NCBI GenBank assembly: GCA_963833555.1
Contig: CAWHYB010000002.1
Location: forward strand, 680,229-744,228
Direction: 5' to 3'
DNA length: 64,000 nt
Source of the DNA: an uncultured Actinomycetes bacterium
GTDB lineage: Bacteria > Actinomycetota > Thermoleophilia > UBA2241
Below the pieces are notes generated by a model that was not told the origin of the DNA, did no database searches, and saw only the letters and a list, made by a program, of their open reading frames with translations. This document shows, piece after piece, positions 7,264 through 18,393 of the stretch (positions within the stretch are counted from its first letter, which is position 1; each line of letters opens with the position of its first letter). The position numbers and the translations under genes were made by a program.

Positions 7264-8727
7264 GTGCTCTACCACCTGTATGAGCTGGGCCAGGCGGCCA
7301 TGTCTCCGGCGAGAGCGGTCGCACATTCCACGCGCTTCATTATGCGCAACCCGTTCAACCCGCTATCCTACACCAACGTAGGCCGCAATGCGGCCGCGGC
7401 AGCGGAGCTTCTGGAGCGGACTACGCGCCGCTACAAAAAGCCAACCTTCGGTATCGCGCACACCACTGTAAAGGGCGTGCCGGCCACCGTTACCGAAGAG
7501 ACGGTTTGGCACAGGCCCTTTTGCAATCTGATCCGCTTCCGGAAGCACCTGCAGGACGGAAGCACGCCCAACGAGCCGCGGCTTCTGATCTTCGCGCCGG
7601 TTTCGGGGCACTTCGCCACGCTTCTGCGCGGGACGGTGGAAGCGATGCTTCCCCATGCCGACGTTTACATCACCGACTGGCAGGATGCGCGCTTCGTGCC
7701 CTTGCGCGACGGCAATTTCGACCTCGACGATTACATCGATTACGCAACCGCGATGATGGAGCTATTCGAGGGCGACGTGCATGTGATGGCCGTCTGCCAG
7801 CCTGCGGTCCCGGTCCTCTCCGCGATTGCGCTGATGGAGGCTCGCGAAAGTCCGGCCGTTCCGCGCAGCCTTATCATGAAGGGCGGGCCAATCGATACCC
7901 GCATCAGCCAAACGGCGGTGAACAGGCTCGCCGAGGAAAAGGGCACCAACTGGTTCCGGCGCACGGTAATCACCTCGGTTCCCTGGCCGAATGCCGGGCA
8001 CGGGCGGCTGGTGTATCCTGGCTTCCTCCAGCTTACAGGGTTCATGGTCATGAACCTCGACCGGCATGTGAACGCGCACAAGGATCTGTTCGTCCACCTC
8101 GTCCGGGGCGATGGCGACTCGGCCGATAAACACAAGGTGTTTTACGACGAGTACCTGGCTGTCATGGACCTGGCGGCGGAATATTATCTGCAAACGATCG
8201 ATCAGGTTTTCGTCAAGCATCAGCTTCCGAAGGGCGAGATGTTCCACCGCGGCCAGCCGATCGACCTCGGCGCCATCCGCCGCACCGCGCTCATGACGAT
8301 CGAGGGCGAGAAGGACGACATAACCGGGCTAGGCCAGTGCGAGGCGGCGCTGCACCTCTGCACCAATCTGCCAAACTCCAAGAAGCTGCATTACACGCAA
8401 GAGGGCGTCGGCCACTACGGCATTTTCAACGGCTCGCGCTACCGCAACGAGATCGTCCCCCGCATCGAAGGCTTCATGTCGGATCACGATGTGCGCGGCA
8501 ACGGGCTCCACTGGCTCATGCACAGGCTGGTGGGCGAAAAAAGTGCGGTTGCGGATTCGCCAGAGCCGCTCCAGCACGTGCCTGTCAGCGCAAACGCCAT
8601 GGAGGTTGTGGGAGCAGAGGCGCCGGCGCTGTCGGTGCTTCCCGCGAAGCCGTCGCTGAGGATCGGAAAAAGCCGCTCGCCAGCCCGCCTTCCGAAGCCA
8701 CCCCACGGTAGAAGGCGGCACCGTTAG
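7264..8727 (+). CDS. phaZ: intracellular poly(3-hydroxybutyrate) depolymerase
   Basis: MLYHLYELGQAAMSPAR N-terminus and length typical of intracellular PhaZ. The 3' end runs into a repeat element, so the C-terminus is uncertain. Confidence 0.8.
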   Translation: MLYHLYELGQAAMSPARAVAHSTRFIMRNPFNPLSYTNVGRNAAAAAELLERTTRRYKKPTFGIAHTTVKGVPATVTEETVWHRPFCNLIRFRKHLQDGSTPNEPRLLIFAPVSGHFATLLRGTVEAMLPHADVYITDWQDARFVPLRDGNFDLDDYIDYATAMMELFEGDVHVMAVCQPAVPVLSAIALMEARESPAVPRSLIMKGGPIDTRISQTAVNRLAEEKGTNWFRRTVITSVPWPNAGHGRLVYPGFLQLTGFMVMNLDRHVNAHKDLFVHLVRGDGDSADKHKVFYDEYLAVMDLAAEYYLQTIDQVFVKHQLPKGEMFHRGQPIDLGAIRRTALMTIEGEKDDITGLGQCEAALHLCTNLPNSKKLHYTQEGVGHYGIFNGSRYRNEIVPRIEGFMSDHDVRGNGLHWLMHRLVGEKSAVADSPEPLQHVPVSANAMEVVGAEAPALSVLPAKPSLRIGKSRSPARLPKPPHGRRRHR

Positions 8728-8880
8728 AGGGGCACGAAGAAGACCCCCTCATCCTGTCCTTCTCCCCAGGGGGAGAAGGGACCCGAGAATTGCCCTCTTA
8801 CCTCGGTGAAAGGCCGCAGCCAACTCCCTCTCCCCTTGGGGAGAGGGTTGGGGTGAGGGGGTCTTCTGCCGCTTACCCTG
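8727..8880. repeat. mosaic palindromic intergenic repeat (CCCTCACCC / GGGAGAGGG family), copy 1
   Basis: Nested hairpins CTTCTCCCC..GGGGAGAAG and CCCTCTCCCC..GGGAGAGGG..GGGGTGAGGGGG. Related copies at about 14040, 18125 and 38410. Confidence 0.7.
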
Positions 8881-8917
8881 AAAAAAGCGGGGCGTTTCCG
8901 CCCCGCATCGGTCTGCT

Positions 8918-9562
8918 TCAGTGTACGATTTCGGTCAGCAGCAAAGGCTCTTGCTGCGTGTCCAGATACGGCATGGCCGCGGGCACCGGGTGTTCCTCCA
9001 CCGGGTCCGGCGAGAAGAATTCGCCGTCGATTTGGGCGAGAAAATCCTCGCAAGCCGCGCGCAGCTCGTATAGCGCCTGCCGGCCGCCAACGAGGTAGGA
9101 GCCATCCGCCGGCTGTTCGCCCGCTGGCTTTTCAGCTCCCGCCTCCGGTTTCCTCTGGGAGAAGAACCGGACGAGCGACATGCCGCCGTTGAACATGCGC
9201 TGAGCATCGCGCAGAAATCCGGATTGGATTTCCTCGCAAGGCCCAGTCGCATCGAGGAAGCGGTCGATGTCGAGCTGAAACTCAGGCTCAAGCCGCCTGA
9301 GTTCCGCGGCCCAGATCCGGGCGCGCAGCAGTTTCGTCACCATAAGCGCCTCGCGTTCCTCGAAGCTCTTGCAGCTATCGCGGAAACGCCCAAGCTTTGC
9401 CGCGATTTCGGCATGCCCCGCGCCTTTGAGGTCGGCTTTTTGCAGCGCGGTGCGCTCGAAATACCAAGCATCGCTCAGCGCGGATCTTAGTGCATCTTTT
9501 AGAAGGTAGACCACGGTGTAGACGTCGTGGTCTTGATCGGGTTTGATCGTCCAGAGCGTCAT
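8918..9562 (-). CDS. hypothetical protein downstream of nrdJ
   Basis: 214-aa ORF with protein-like composition and no recognisable motif. Confidence 0.4.
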   Translation of the reverse strand: MTLWTIKPDQDHDVYTVVYLLKDALRSALSDAWYFERTALQKADLKGAGHAEIAAKLGRFRDSCKSFEEREALMVTKLLRARIWAAELRRLEPEFQLDIDRFLDATGPCEEIQSGFLRDAQRMFNGGMSLVRFFSQRKPEAGAEKPAGEQPADGSYLVGGRQALYELRAACEDFLAQIDGEFFSPDPVEEHPVPAAMPYLDTQQEPLLLTEIVH

Positions 9563-9647
9563 GTTTCGGCTCTCAGCCTTTTTCAGCGTCTGAGGCGATA
9601 AGCCTCCCGCGCCTAGTGCGGCGCGGGTTTCGGCAAGCGGCGTAATC

Positions 9648-12600
9648 CTAAGAGCATCCAGTCGTACCGCCGCAGGTATCGCACTTCAAACAGGTTCCGT
9701 TGCGAACGAGTGTGAAGTTGCCGCATGTGCCGCAGGCTTCGCCCTCGTAACCCTTCGCGCGCGCTTCAGCGAGAAGCTCAGCCTTTCCAGGCCGTCCACT
9801 CGGAACTGACAGATGGGTTGCAGAAAACGCGGCACTCGCCCCATCGCGCGCGTTTACATCGGAGGACCCTAGCGAAAGACCTTCATCTTCCGCACGCAGG
9901 GCATAAGCGAGGGCGCCGTGACTCTCATATGTATTGGCGCTACCGACTCGCTCAGGCTGACTCTGATCTTGAACTATGACAACTTTGTGGTGAAGTCCGC
10001 GTGTGAGGCCCTTGCTCACCAGGCGGTCGGCCAAGAAAACGGGCGCGGACGCCTTCTGGCCGGGCTTGTCCTCCGCCACGCCGCCGCCCATGATCGTCGA
10101 GCCGATGGCCGAGGGATCGACATGGGCCAGGTCGCTGCGGTCGAGATAGGAGACGGCCAGCTCGCGGAAGATGTAGTCGAGGATCGAGGTTGCGTTCTTG
10201 ATCGCCTCGTTGCCCTGCACCAAGCCGGCAGGCTCGAAGCGGGTGAAGGTGAACGCCTCCACATACTCATCGAGCGGCACGCCATATTGCAGGCCAAGGC
10301 TGATCGCGATGGCGAAATTGTTCATCAAGCTGCGGAAAGCGGCGCCTTCCTTGTGCATGTCGATGAAGATTTCGCCCAGGCGCCCGTCCTCGAACTCGCC
10401 GGTGCGGAGATAGACCTTGTGGCCGCCGACGACCGCCTTCTGGGTGTAGCCCTTGCGGCGGTTCGGCAGCTTCTCGCGCTCGGCGGTGAGCCGCACGCGC
10501 TCGATGATGCGCTCGACGATGCGCTCGGCGACGATCTGGGCGCGCCTGCCCTGGGGTGCCACGGCAATGGCGTCCGCGTCTTCGCCGTCCTCGGAGAGGA
10601 GCTGGGCGGAAAGCGGCTGCGAGAGCTTGGAGCCGTCGCGGTAGAGCGCGTTCGCCTTAAGCCCCAGCTTCCACGACAGCATATAGGCTTCGCGGCATTC
10701 GGCCACCGTCGCCGAATTCGGCATGTTGACGGTCTTGGAGATTGCGCCGGAGATGAAAGGCTGGGCGGCGGCGAGCATGTGGATATGGCTCTTCCAGGAG
10801 AGCGCGCGCTTGCCGCGTTTGCCGCATGGGCTCGCGCAATCGAAGACGGGAAGATGCTCAGGCTTGAGGCCCGGCGCGCCTTCGAGCGTCATCGTTCCGC
10901 AAACGTACTCGTTTGCGGCTTCGATCTCGGCCTTCGAAAAGCCGATTGCCGCAAGCAGGTCGAAGCCCGGCGCGTTCATCGCTTCCGGCGTCAGCTTCAG
11001 GCTCGCGTTGCAGAAATCCTCGCCGAGCGTCCACTTGTTGAACACGAATTTGATGTCGAAAGCGCTGGCAAGGCCCGCCTCGACGCTTGCGATTTTCTCC
11101 GGCGTGAAGCCCTTTGCCGCCAGCGTCTTGTGATTGACGTGCGGCGCATCGGCGAGCGTGCCGCGGCCCACGGCGTAGGTGATGATGGCCGCAATCGTGC
11201 CTTCGCCGTAGCCGAGTGTCCGCAGCGCTTCAGGGACGGCGCGGTTGATGATCTTGAAATAGCCGCCGCCGGCCAGCTTCTTGAACTTCACGAGCGCGAA
11301 ATCGGGCTCGATGCCGGTCGTGTCGCAGTCCATGACGAGCCCGATGGTGCCCGTGGGCGCGATCACCGAGACTTGCGCGTTGCGGAAGCCGTGCGCCTGG
11401 CCGAGCGAGATGACCTCATCCCAGGTCTCGCGCGCGGCGGTGACGAGATCGTCTTGCGGGCAAACGCCATCCTTCAGCGGCACCGGCGCGGTCGAAAGCA
11501 GCTCGTAGCCGTTATCCCGGCCATAGGCCGCGCGCCGGTGGTTTTTCATGACGCGGAGCATGTGTGCCGCGTTCAGGCCGTAGCCGGCAAAGGAGCCAAG
11601 CTCTTTGGCCATCCCCGCCGAGGTGGCATAGGAGACGCCGGTCATCAGCGCGGAAATCGCTGCCGTCAGCGCACGGCCCTTACCCGAGTCGTAGCCGAGG
11701 CCGGACACCATGAGCAGCCCGCCCAGATTAGCGAAGCCCAGGCCCAGCGTGCGGTATTCGTAGGACAACTGCGCGATTTCCTTCGACGGGAATTGCGCCA
11801 TGGTCACGGAGATTTCCAAGACAATCGTCCAGAGCCGGCAGGCATGGGCGAACGCCTTCACGTCGAGAATGCCGCCGCCGCTACGGTCGCGGAACGCCAG
11901 CAGGTTAAGCGAGGCCAGGTTGCAGGCGGTGTCGTCGAGGAACATGTACTCCGAGCAGGGGTTCGAAGCCCGGATCGGTCCGCTCGCGGGGCAGGTGTGC
12001 CAGTCGTTGATGGTGGTGTGGAACTGGATGCCCGGATCGGCGCTGGCCCAAGCCGCCTCGGCGATTTGGTCCATGAGGCCGCGCGCCTTCAAGGTCTTCA
12101 TCGCCTTGCCGCCCATGCGCGCCTTCAGCTCCCAATCGCCGTCCTGTTCAACCGCGTGCAGGAAGGCGTCGTTGACGCGGACGGTGTTGTTGGAGTTCTG
12201 GCCCGCGACCGTGCGATAGGCCTCGCCCTCCCAATCGGTGTCGAAGCCCGGGAAGGCGATGGACTTGAAGCCCTGCCGCGCGAACTGGATGACGCGCTGG
12301 ATGTAATTGTCCGGCACGAAGGCGGCGCGGGCTGCCCTGACCTCGCGCTTGAGCGCCGAATTCTTGGCTGGGGTCGAAGCAATCCTCGCCCTCGCCCTCG
12401 CAATTCACGCACGCCTTCATGATCGCGGTCAGATGCTTCTGGCAAGCCTTCGAGCCCGGCGACCAGCGCCGCGACCTTCTGCTCCTCCAGCACCTTCCAG
12501 CTGATGAAACCCTCGATGTCGGGGTGATCGGCGTCGACGATCACCATCTTGGCGGCGCGCCGGGTGGTGCCGCCGGACTTGATCGCGCCGGCCGCCCGGT

Positions 12601-13384
12601 CGCCGATCTTCAGGAAGCTCATGAGCCCCGAGGATTTGCCGCCGCCCGAAAGCTTCTCGCCCTCGCCGCGCAGCCGGGAGAAGTTCGAGCCCGTGCCCGA
12701 GCCGTATTTGAACAGCCGCGCCTCGCGAACCCACAGGTCCATGATGCCGTTCTCGTTTACGAGATCGTCCTGCACGGACTGGATGAAGCAGGCATGCGGC
12801 TGCGGATGCTCATAGGCGCTGGCGGAGCGGACCAGTTCGCCCGTCTCGAAATCCACGTAATAGTGGCCTTGGCCGGGGCCGTCGATGCCATAGGCCCAAT
12901 GCAGGCCGGTGTTGAACCATTGCGGGCTGTTCGGCGCGGCCATCTGCATGGCGAGCATGTAGCAAAGCTCGTCGTGGAAGGTCTGCGCGTCCTCTTCCGC
13001 CGTGAAGTAGCCGCCCTTCCAGCCCCAATAAGTCCAGGCGCCGGCCATGCGGTCGAAAACCTGCCGCGCGTCCTTCTCTGGGCCAAAGCGCTCGGCTTCG
13101 GGCAGGCCCGCCAGCGCTGCTTTGTCGGGCACGGAACGCCACAGCCAAGACGGAACGCGATTCTCCTCGATGCGCTTCATGCGGGCCGGCACGCCCGCCT
13201 TGCGGAAGTATTTCTGCGCCAGAATGTCGGCTGCAACCTGGCTCCATTGCTCGGGAACGAGAAAGCCCTCAAGCTCGAAGATCAGCTTGCCATCGGGATT
13301 CTTGAGTTCGCTCGTAGCCTCGCGGAACGCGATATCCGCATAGGGAGACTGACCTTTTTTCGTAAAGCGCCGTTCGATCCGCAT
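9648..13384 (-). CDS. nrdJ: class II adenosylcobalamin-dependent ribonucleoside-diphosphate reductase (about 1245 aa), apparently with 2 frameshifts near 12300-12440
   Basis: N-terminus [23 protein letters not shown] 13384 with GGAG Shine-Dalgarno. Regions [30 protein letters not shown] and a C-terminal CxxC tail. Three partial frames (12125-13516, 12148-12420, 9648-12317) cover one protein. Confidence 0.85.
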
Positions 13385-13698
13385 CGAGAATTCTCCTGCC
13401 CCCGGCGCGCGTCGCAGCGCGCCTGCCCATAAGCGTGATGATTGTGGAACGCAGAACAGACTGACGCAGAACATGAAGACACAGCATCGCCCGCAGCCCG
13501 GTCTGAACAGGGACACGGCAGCGCAAATAACCTGCGCTTGCTACCAGCGATGTAGAGCGTTTGTAACGGAAGGGAGCCGCCTGGACGGCCAGCGAGAAAA
13601 AGATGCCGCCGCACCCTCCTCGAAGGGTGCTCCCCGCTAGCGGCAAGTTTGGAAGTTAGGCGATTCGGGCGCTCGCGGGTGTCACGCGGAAGCAACAC

Positions 13699-13749
13699 CC
13701 ACATCTATCTTTAGTGGTTAGCATCCCGAACTAGGGCCACATCTTGTGG
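13699..13749 (-). promoter_or_regulatory. candidate NrdR operator pair upstream of nrdJ
   Basis: CCACATCTATCTTTAGTGG (13699-13717) and the perfect-armed palindrome CCACATCTTGTGG (13737-13749) lie about 34 bp apart. They are AT-rich within a GC-rich genome. NrdR typically binds two spaced palindromes at RNR promoters. Confidence 0.35.
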
Positions 13750-14039
13750 CAAAGGGCTCCAAGAAACAAGATAAGTTGTGCGAAGCTGGAGGGAAGTTGG
13801 GGAAAACCCGGGCGAATGTCACAGGTATTTAACAGGGCATGCACAGGGGGATGTGAAGGGCCTGGAGCCCAGAGTTAATGGCCGGACTGCCGCGCCCGGC
13901 CAGCGATATAGCCTCCTCGATGAGCTGCTCCACAGACCGGCGAATGCGTTGTCCAACGCGGGAAACTTTTCCCCCGGCGCCCGGGATGGCCAACCGGTGC
14001 AAATGTTGGAAAAGCGTCTCAAGCCAGATTGGGTTGGCA

Positions 14040-14230
14040 AAAAGACCCCCTCACCCCAGCCCTCTCCCGCAGCAAGCTCGCCTTGGCGAGCTTGCCACTT
14101 GAGTAACCCGCATCCGCAAGCGGATGCGGATGGGAGAGGGAGTTGGCTGCGGCCTCGCATCGAGGTGAGAGGATAATTTTGGCGTCCCCTCGCCCCAACG
14201 GGGAGAGGGACAGGGTGAGGGGGCCTTTTA
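14040..14230. repeat. mosaic palindromic intergenic repeat, copy 2
   Basis: CCCTCACCCCAGCCCTCTCCC...GCAAGCTCGCCTTGGCGAGCTTGCC...CATCCGCAAGCGGATGCGGATG...GGGAGAGGGACAGGGTGAGGGGG. Confidence 0.7.
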
Positions 14231-14279
14231 CGAATCAATCGCGCGGATTTCGGAATCGACCGGCGCCGGGGGCCAGCCA

Positions 14280-14606
14280 TTAGCCCTTCTCGCAGGTGAA
14301 GGCGCCCGGCTTGCGGCCATATTCGCGGGAGCCCGGATAATGACTGAAGTGGTCCTTGTCGACCCAGACCACGTCGCCTTTGCAATGCGTCCTGGCCTCG
14401 GCCTCCGTCGCGTAACCGGCGGGGCCGGCAGGTTTCGCCGGCTTCTTGGCTCCGGCCTCCGGCTTTTCCCCGGATTTCGCGGCGGCTTCAGGTTTGGCGG
14501 CGGACTGGGCTTTTTCGTCCGTTTGCGCCATGGCGGCCGAAGCCGCCAGCACCAGAATACTCGCAACCCCAAACAGCCTTAAGCGCGGCAAGATGGCGGC
14601 ATTCAT
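14280..14606 (-). CDS. small secreted protein (signal peptide, Ala/Lys/Pro-rich, C-terminal CKGD...CEKG)
   Basis: Start at MNAAILPRLRLFGVASILVLAASAAMA; two cysteines near the C-terminus. Confidence 0.45.
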   Translation of the reverse strand: MNAAILPRLRLFGVASILVLAASAAMAQTDEKAQSAAKPEAAAKSGEKPEAGAKKPAKPAGPAGYATEAEARTHCKGDVVWVDKDHFSHYPGSREYGRKPGAFTCEKG

Positions 14607-14882
14607 ACGAATCTCCTCAAGAGTTGTTCCCTCGGGCGCAAGCCTGCCTGCGTTGTCCGGCAAATCTTTGTCGAAACCCATCGGGTCGCGCATTAAACCG
14701 GCACATTACAAATAGGGGCAAAACGGTAGACTTCGCGCAGGCCGTTGCTGGCTTACGTTCCAATTGCGCTAAAGGTAGAGCACCATCGTCCTGGAGTTAC
14801 CTTGACACTTTAGGCCTTGCCGGCCAAGCAGTTGGCCGGGAGGGCACCGCGAAGGAGCTTCTCACGGGGGCCGGAGACTGAC

Positions 14883-16404
14883 ATGAGCGGCATTGCCACG
14901 AGCTGGGGCGAGAGTTTAAGCAACAAGATCGCGGCCGCGCAATCGTGGCCCGCAAACCGGGTTGCCGCTGGCAGCCTGCTGCTATTCGTTGTTGCCTGGA
15001 CAATGCACGGTGTTATCGCCGGCGCGGGCAGAGCGCTGCACATCGATGTGCTTGAAGCCTATGCCTGGGGAAAAGAATTTCAGCTCGGCTATTATCCGCA
15101 CCCGCCTTTTTGGGCCTGGATCGCGGGCGCATGGTTCCTGGTGTTCCCGGTAAATAATGAGTCGTTTATCCTGCTCGAAGCCATAAACTCCGCCTTGGGC
15201 CTTTGGGGCGCCTGGATGCTGGCCGGGCTTTTCGCGCGGGACTGGACGCGCCACGCCGCGGTTCTCATGCTGCTCGCCACGCCGTTCTACACGGTCATGG
15301 CGTTCAAGTTTAACGCCAACACCATTTTTGTCTCGCTGTGGCCGTGGACGGCGTTCTTTTTCGTGAGATCGCTGGACCGCATGAAGGCGCGCGACGCCGC
15401 CTTATTCGGGGCCTTCGCCGCCGCCTGCATACTCTCGAAATACTACGCCGCGATCCTGCTGATGACCTGCGGCTTATCGCTGTTCTTCCATCCGAATGGG
15501 CGCAAATACGTTTTTTCGCCCCTGCCGTGGATAGCAGCAGCGGTTTTTGCCGCGGCTGTTCTGCCGCATGTTCTATGGGCGCTGAGGAGCGACCTCACGC
15601 CGGCCACCTACGCGGCAGCCAAGACCGGGCAACGGCTGGGCTTACGCGATCGAGCATATGGCGCGCTTCGTCCTCGACAACACGCTCCATTTCGCCGGCC
15701 CGCTGGTCTTGCTTCTAGTGGCTTGGCGAATATCGAAAGCCCGGCCGCTTCATGAACCGGCGGAACGGCCGCAGCAATCGCGGCGGCGCTTCCTTGCCGT
15801 GATCGTGCTGGCGCCTCCTTTGCTGACGATGGTTTTCGCACTGGGCTTCCAGCTCAAGATCGACGCGGACATGGCGGCCGGAATTTTTCCGCTCATGCCG
15901 CTCTTCCTGATGCAATATGTTTCCCCGCTCGACGGCCGGCTCTGCTTCCGGCTGGCGGGGGCGGTGGCGCTCGCCGTAACGGTTGGGTCCGTGCCCGTGG
16001 CTCCCATCGAAGGCGCGGTCCTGGGCAGAAAAAACGTCCTCCCGCAGCGCGAGCTTGCCGCGGCGGTCACCGCCCTCTGGCATGCCGGGACGCATACGCC
16101 GCTCCGCTATGCCGGCGGGCGGTATCTTCACGCCCACGCCATCAATTTCTACAGCGAGGACCATCCATCGAGCTTTATCGAGCTCCAGTACCCGAGATCG
16201 CCTTGGGTAACGCCCGAAAAAATAAAGAAATATGGGCTGCTCATAGCCTGCCTTCACGACGATTCGGAATGTCTCGCCAGGGCGCCGGAGGTTCTATCGG
16301 GGAACTGGAAACAATATTCCATAAGCGTCGGCCGCGTGATCGGAACCCGCCGGCTTCCGGAGGAAGCCTTCGATATCTTCATTATGCCGCCGCAACCCGC
16401 CTAG
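14883..16404 (+). pseudogene. GT39/ArnT-like glycosyltransferase (PMT_2 family), paralog 1, +1 frameshift near 15636
   Basis: About 85% identical to the intact paralog 2. An extra C (CAACGG versus AAAGG) splits the ORF into 14817-15755 and 15658-16404. Confidence 0.7.
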
Positions 16405-16550
16405 CCGCCGGCGCTGGCTTTTCTTGCGCCGTCCAGGCGGGGCTGCTATTGCCCCCCCGGCAGGGGCAGCTTCGCCGATGGTGGATTTCACCCTAGCAGT
16501 TGCGCGAGTAACCCACGGAAGAGCCCCCCACGGAGGGACCGGAGACTGAG

Positions 16551-18086
16551 ATGAGCGGCATTGCGGGGCAAAGCGAAGCCACGAGCTGGGGCGGGGGTTT
16601 AAATAACAAGATCGCGGCCGCGCAATCGTGGCCCGCAAACCGGGTTGCCGCTGGCGGCCTGCTTCTATTCATCGTTGCCTGGACAATGCACGGGGTCATC
16701 GCCGGCGCGGGCGGATCGCTGCATTTCGATGTGCTCGAAGCCTATGCCTGGGGAAAAGAGTTTCAGCTTGGCTACAATCAGCACGGGCCTTTCTGGGCGT
16801 GGATCGCGGGCGCATGGTTCCTCGTTTTCCCAGTAACCAATGCCTCATTCATCTTGCTTGAGGCTATAATCTCCGCTCTGGGCCTCCTCGGCGCCTGGAT
16901 GCTCGCAGGGCTTTTCACCAGGGGCTGGACGCGCCATGCCGCGGTGCTCATGCTCCTCGCGACGCCGCTCTATACCATTATGGCGTTCAAGTATAACGCC
17001 AACACCATCTTCGTCTTACTGTGGCCGTGGACGCTATTCTTTTTCGTGAGGTCGCTGGATCGCATGAACGCGCGCGACGCCGCCTTATTCGGGGCCTTCG
17101 CCGCTCTATGTATACTCTCCAAATACTACGCCGCGATCCTGCTGATGAGCTGCGGCTTATCGCTGTTCTTCCATCCCAATGGACGCAAATACGTTCTTTC
17201 GTCCCTGCCGTGGATCGCAGCGGCGGTCTTTACCGCGCTTGTTCTGCCGCATGTCCTTTGGGCGCTGACGAACGATGCACCGCCAGCCGCCTACGCCATG
17301 AGCCTGACCGGGAAAGGCTGGCTGTTCGCGATCGGGCATGCGGCGAGCTTCGTTCTCGACAATGCGGTTCATTTCGCCGGCGTGCTGGCCTTGCTCTTTC
17401 TGGCTTGGCGGCTATCGAAAGGCCGCCCGGTTCATGAGCCGGCGGAACGGCTGCAGCAATCGCGGCGCCGCTTCCTTGCTGTGCTCGTACTGGCGCCTCT
17501 CCTGCTGACGATCGTTTTCGCAATCGGCTTTCAGCTCAAGATCGAGGCAATCATGGCGGTTGGAATTTTTCCGCTCATGCCGCTCTTTCTGATGCAATTT
17601 GTCTCTCCCCTCGACGCCCAGCTCTGCTTCCGGCTGGCGGCGGCGGTGGCGCTTGCGGTGACGGTTGGGTCTGTGCCGGCGGCTCCGATCGAAAGGGCGG
17701 CCGTGCTCAAAAGGAGCGCTGAGCCGCGGCGGGAGCTTGCAGCGGCGGCCACGGCGCTCTGGCACGCCGAGACTCACATGCCGCTTCGCTATGCCGGTGC
17801 CCGGAACCATTATGCCTTCGCCATGAGTTTCTACAGCGAGGATCATCCATCGAGCTTTGTCGACCTCTCCTACAGGAAGTCGCGTTGGGTGACGCCGGAA
17901 AAAATAAAGAAATATGGGCTGCTCATAGCTTGCGCTCACGAGGATTCGGACTGTCTCGCCAGGGCACAGGAGGTTCTATCGGGGAGCTGGAAACAATATC
18001 CCATAAGCGTTGGCCGCGTGATCGGAGCCCGACGGCTTCCGGAGGAAGCCTTCGATATCTTCATTATGCCGCCGCAGCCGGTCTAG
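16551..18086 (+). CDS. GT39/ArnT-like membrane glycosyltransferase (PMT_2 family), intact paralog 2
   Basis: 511 aa, multi-TM, motif AYAWGKEFQLGYNQHGPFWAWIAGAWF typical of ArnT/PMT-like transferases. Confidence 0.75.
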   Translation: MSGIAGQSEATSWGGGLNNKIAAAQSWPANRVAAGGLLLFIVAWTMHGVIAGAGGSLHFDVLEAYAWGKEFQLGYNQHGPFWAWIAGAWFLVFPVTNASFILLEAIISALGLLGAWMLAGLFTRGWTRHAAVLMLLATPLYTIMAFKYNANTIFVLLWPWTLFFFVRSLDRMNARDAALFGAFAALCILSKYYAAILLMSCGLSLFFHPNGRKYVLSSLPWIAAAVFTALVLPHVLWALTNDAPPAAYAMSLTGKGWLFAIGHAASFVLDNAVHFAGVLALLFLAWRLSKGRPVHEPAERLQQSRRRFLAVLVLAPLLLTIVFAIGFQLKIEAIMAVGIFPLMPLFLMQFVSPLDAQLCFRLAAAVALAVTVGSVPAAPIERAAVLKRSAEPRRELAAAATALWHAETHMPLRYAGARNHYAFAMSFYSEDHPSSFVDLSYRKSRWVTPEKIKKYGLLIACAHEDSDCLARAQEVLSGSWKQYPISVGRVIGARRLPEEAFDIFIMPPQPV

Positions 18087-18124
18087 TACACCTCGCGGGA
18101 AGGACGAGTTATAGCCATGGCGCG

Positions 18125-18290
18125 TTACCCCTCACCCCAGCCCTCTCCCCATGGGAGAGGGAGTCCCGCTATGCCCGTTGTTAGGGCGTCCCCTCTCCCC
18201 CATCCGCATTCGCTTGCGAATGCGGACACTCTTAGTTGCAAGCTCGCCAAGGCGAGCTTGCCGAGAGGGACAGGGTGAGGGGTAATGCCC
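18125..18290. repeat. mosaic palindromic intergenic repeat, copy 3
   Basis: Same motif set as copy 2, in rearranged order. Confidence 0.7.
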
Positions 18291-18393
18291 GTTCTGCGGA
18301 TTACTGATTCCGTGTACCAGCTGCCGGCGCTGGCTTTTCTTGTGCCGTCCAGGCAGGGCTGCTATTGACCCCCCGAAAGGGACAGCTTCGCCG

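Noticed and set aside
8724-9053. Track ORFs running through the mosaic repeats (8724-9053, 13819-14385, 18132-18530 and others)
   Set aside because: They are encoded by palindromic repeat DNA and show low-complexity Pro/Gly/Arg composition. The same repeat yields ORFs in different frames in different copies.
9918-12422. 834-aa ORF on the + strand
   Set aside because: Antisense to nrdJ. Its Arg/Ala/Gly-rich composition is typical of spurious open frames in high-GC DNA. nrdJ homology on the other strand is unambiguous.
13385-13700. Possible cobalamin riboswitch in the nrdJ leader
   Set aside because: No B12-box (GCCACTG-like) or other conserved riboswitch core found. NrdJ is B12-dependent, so a B12 riboswitch is not expected.
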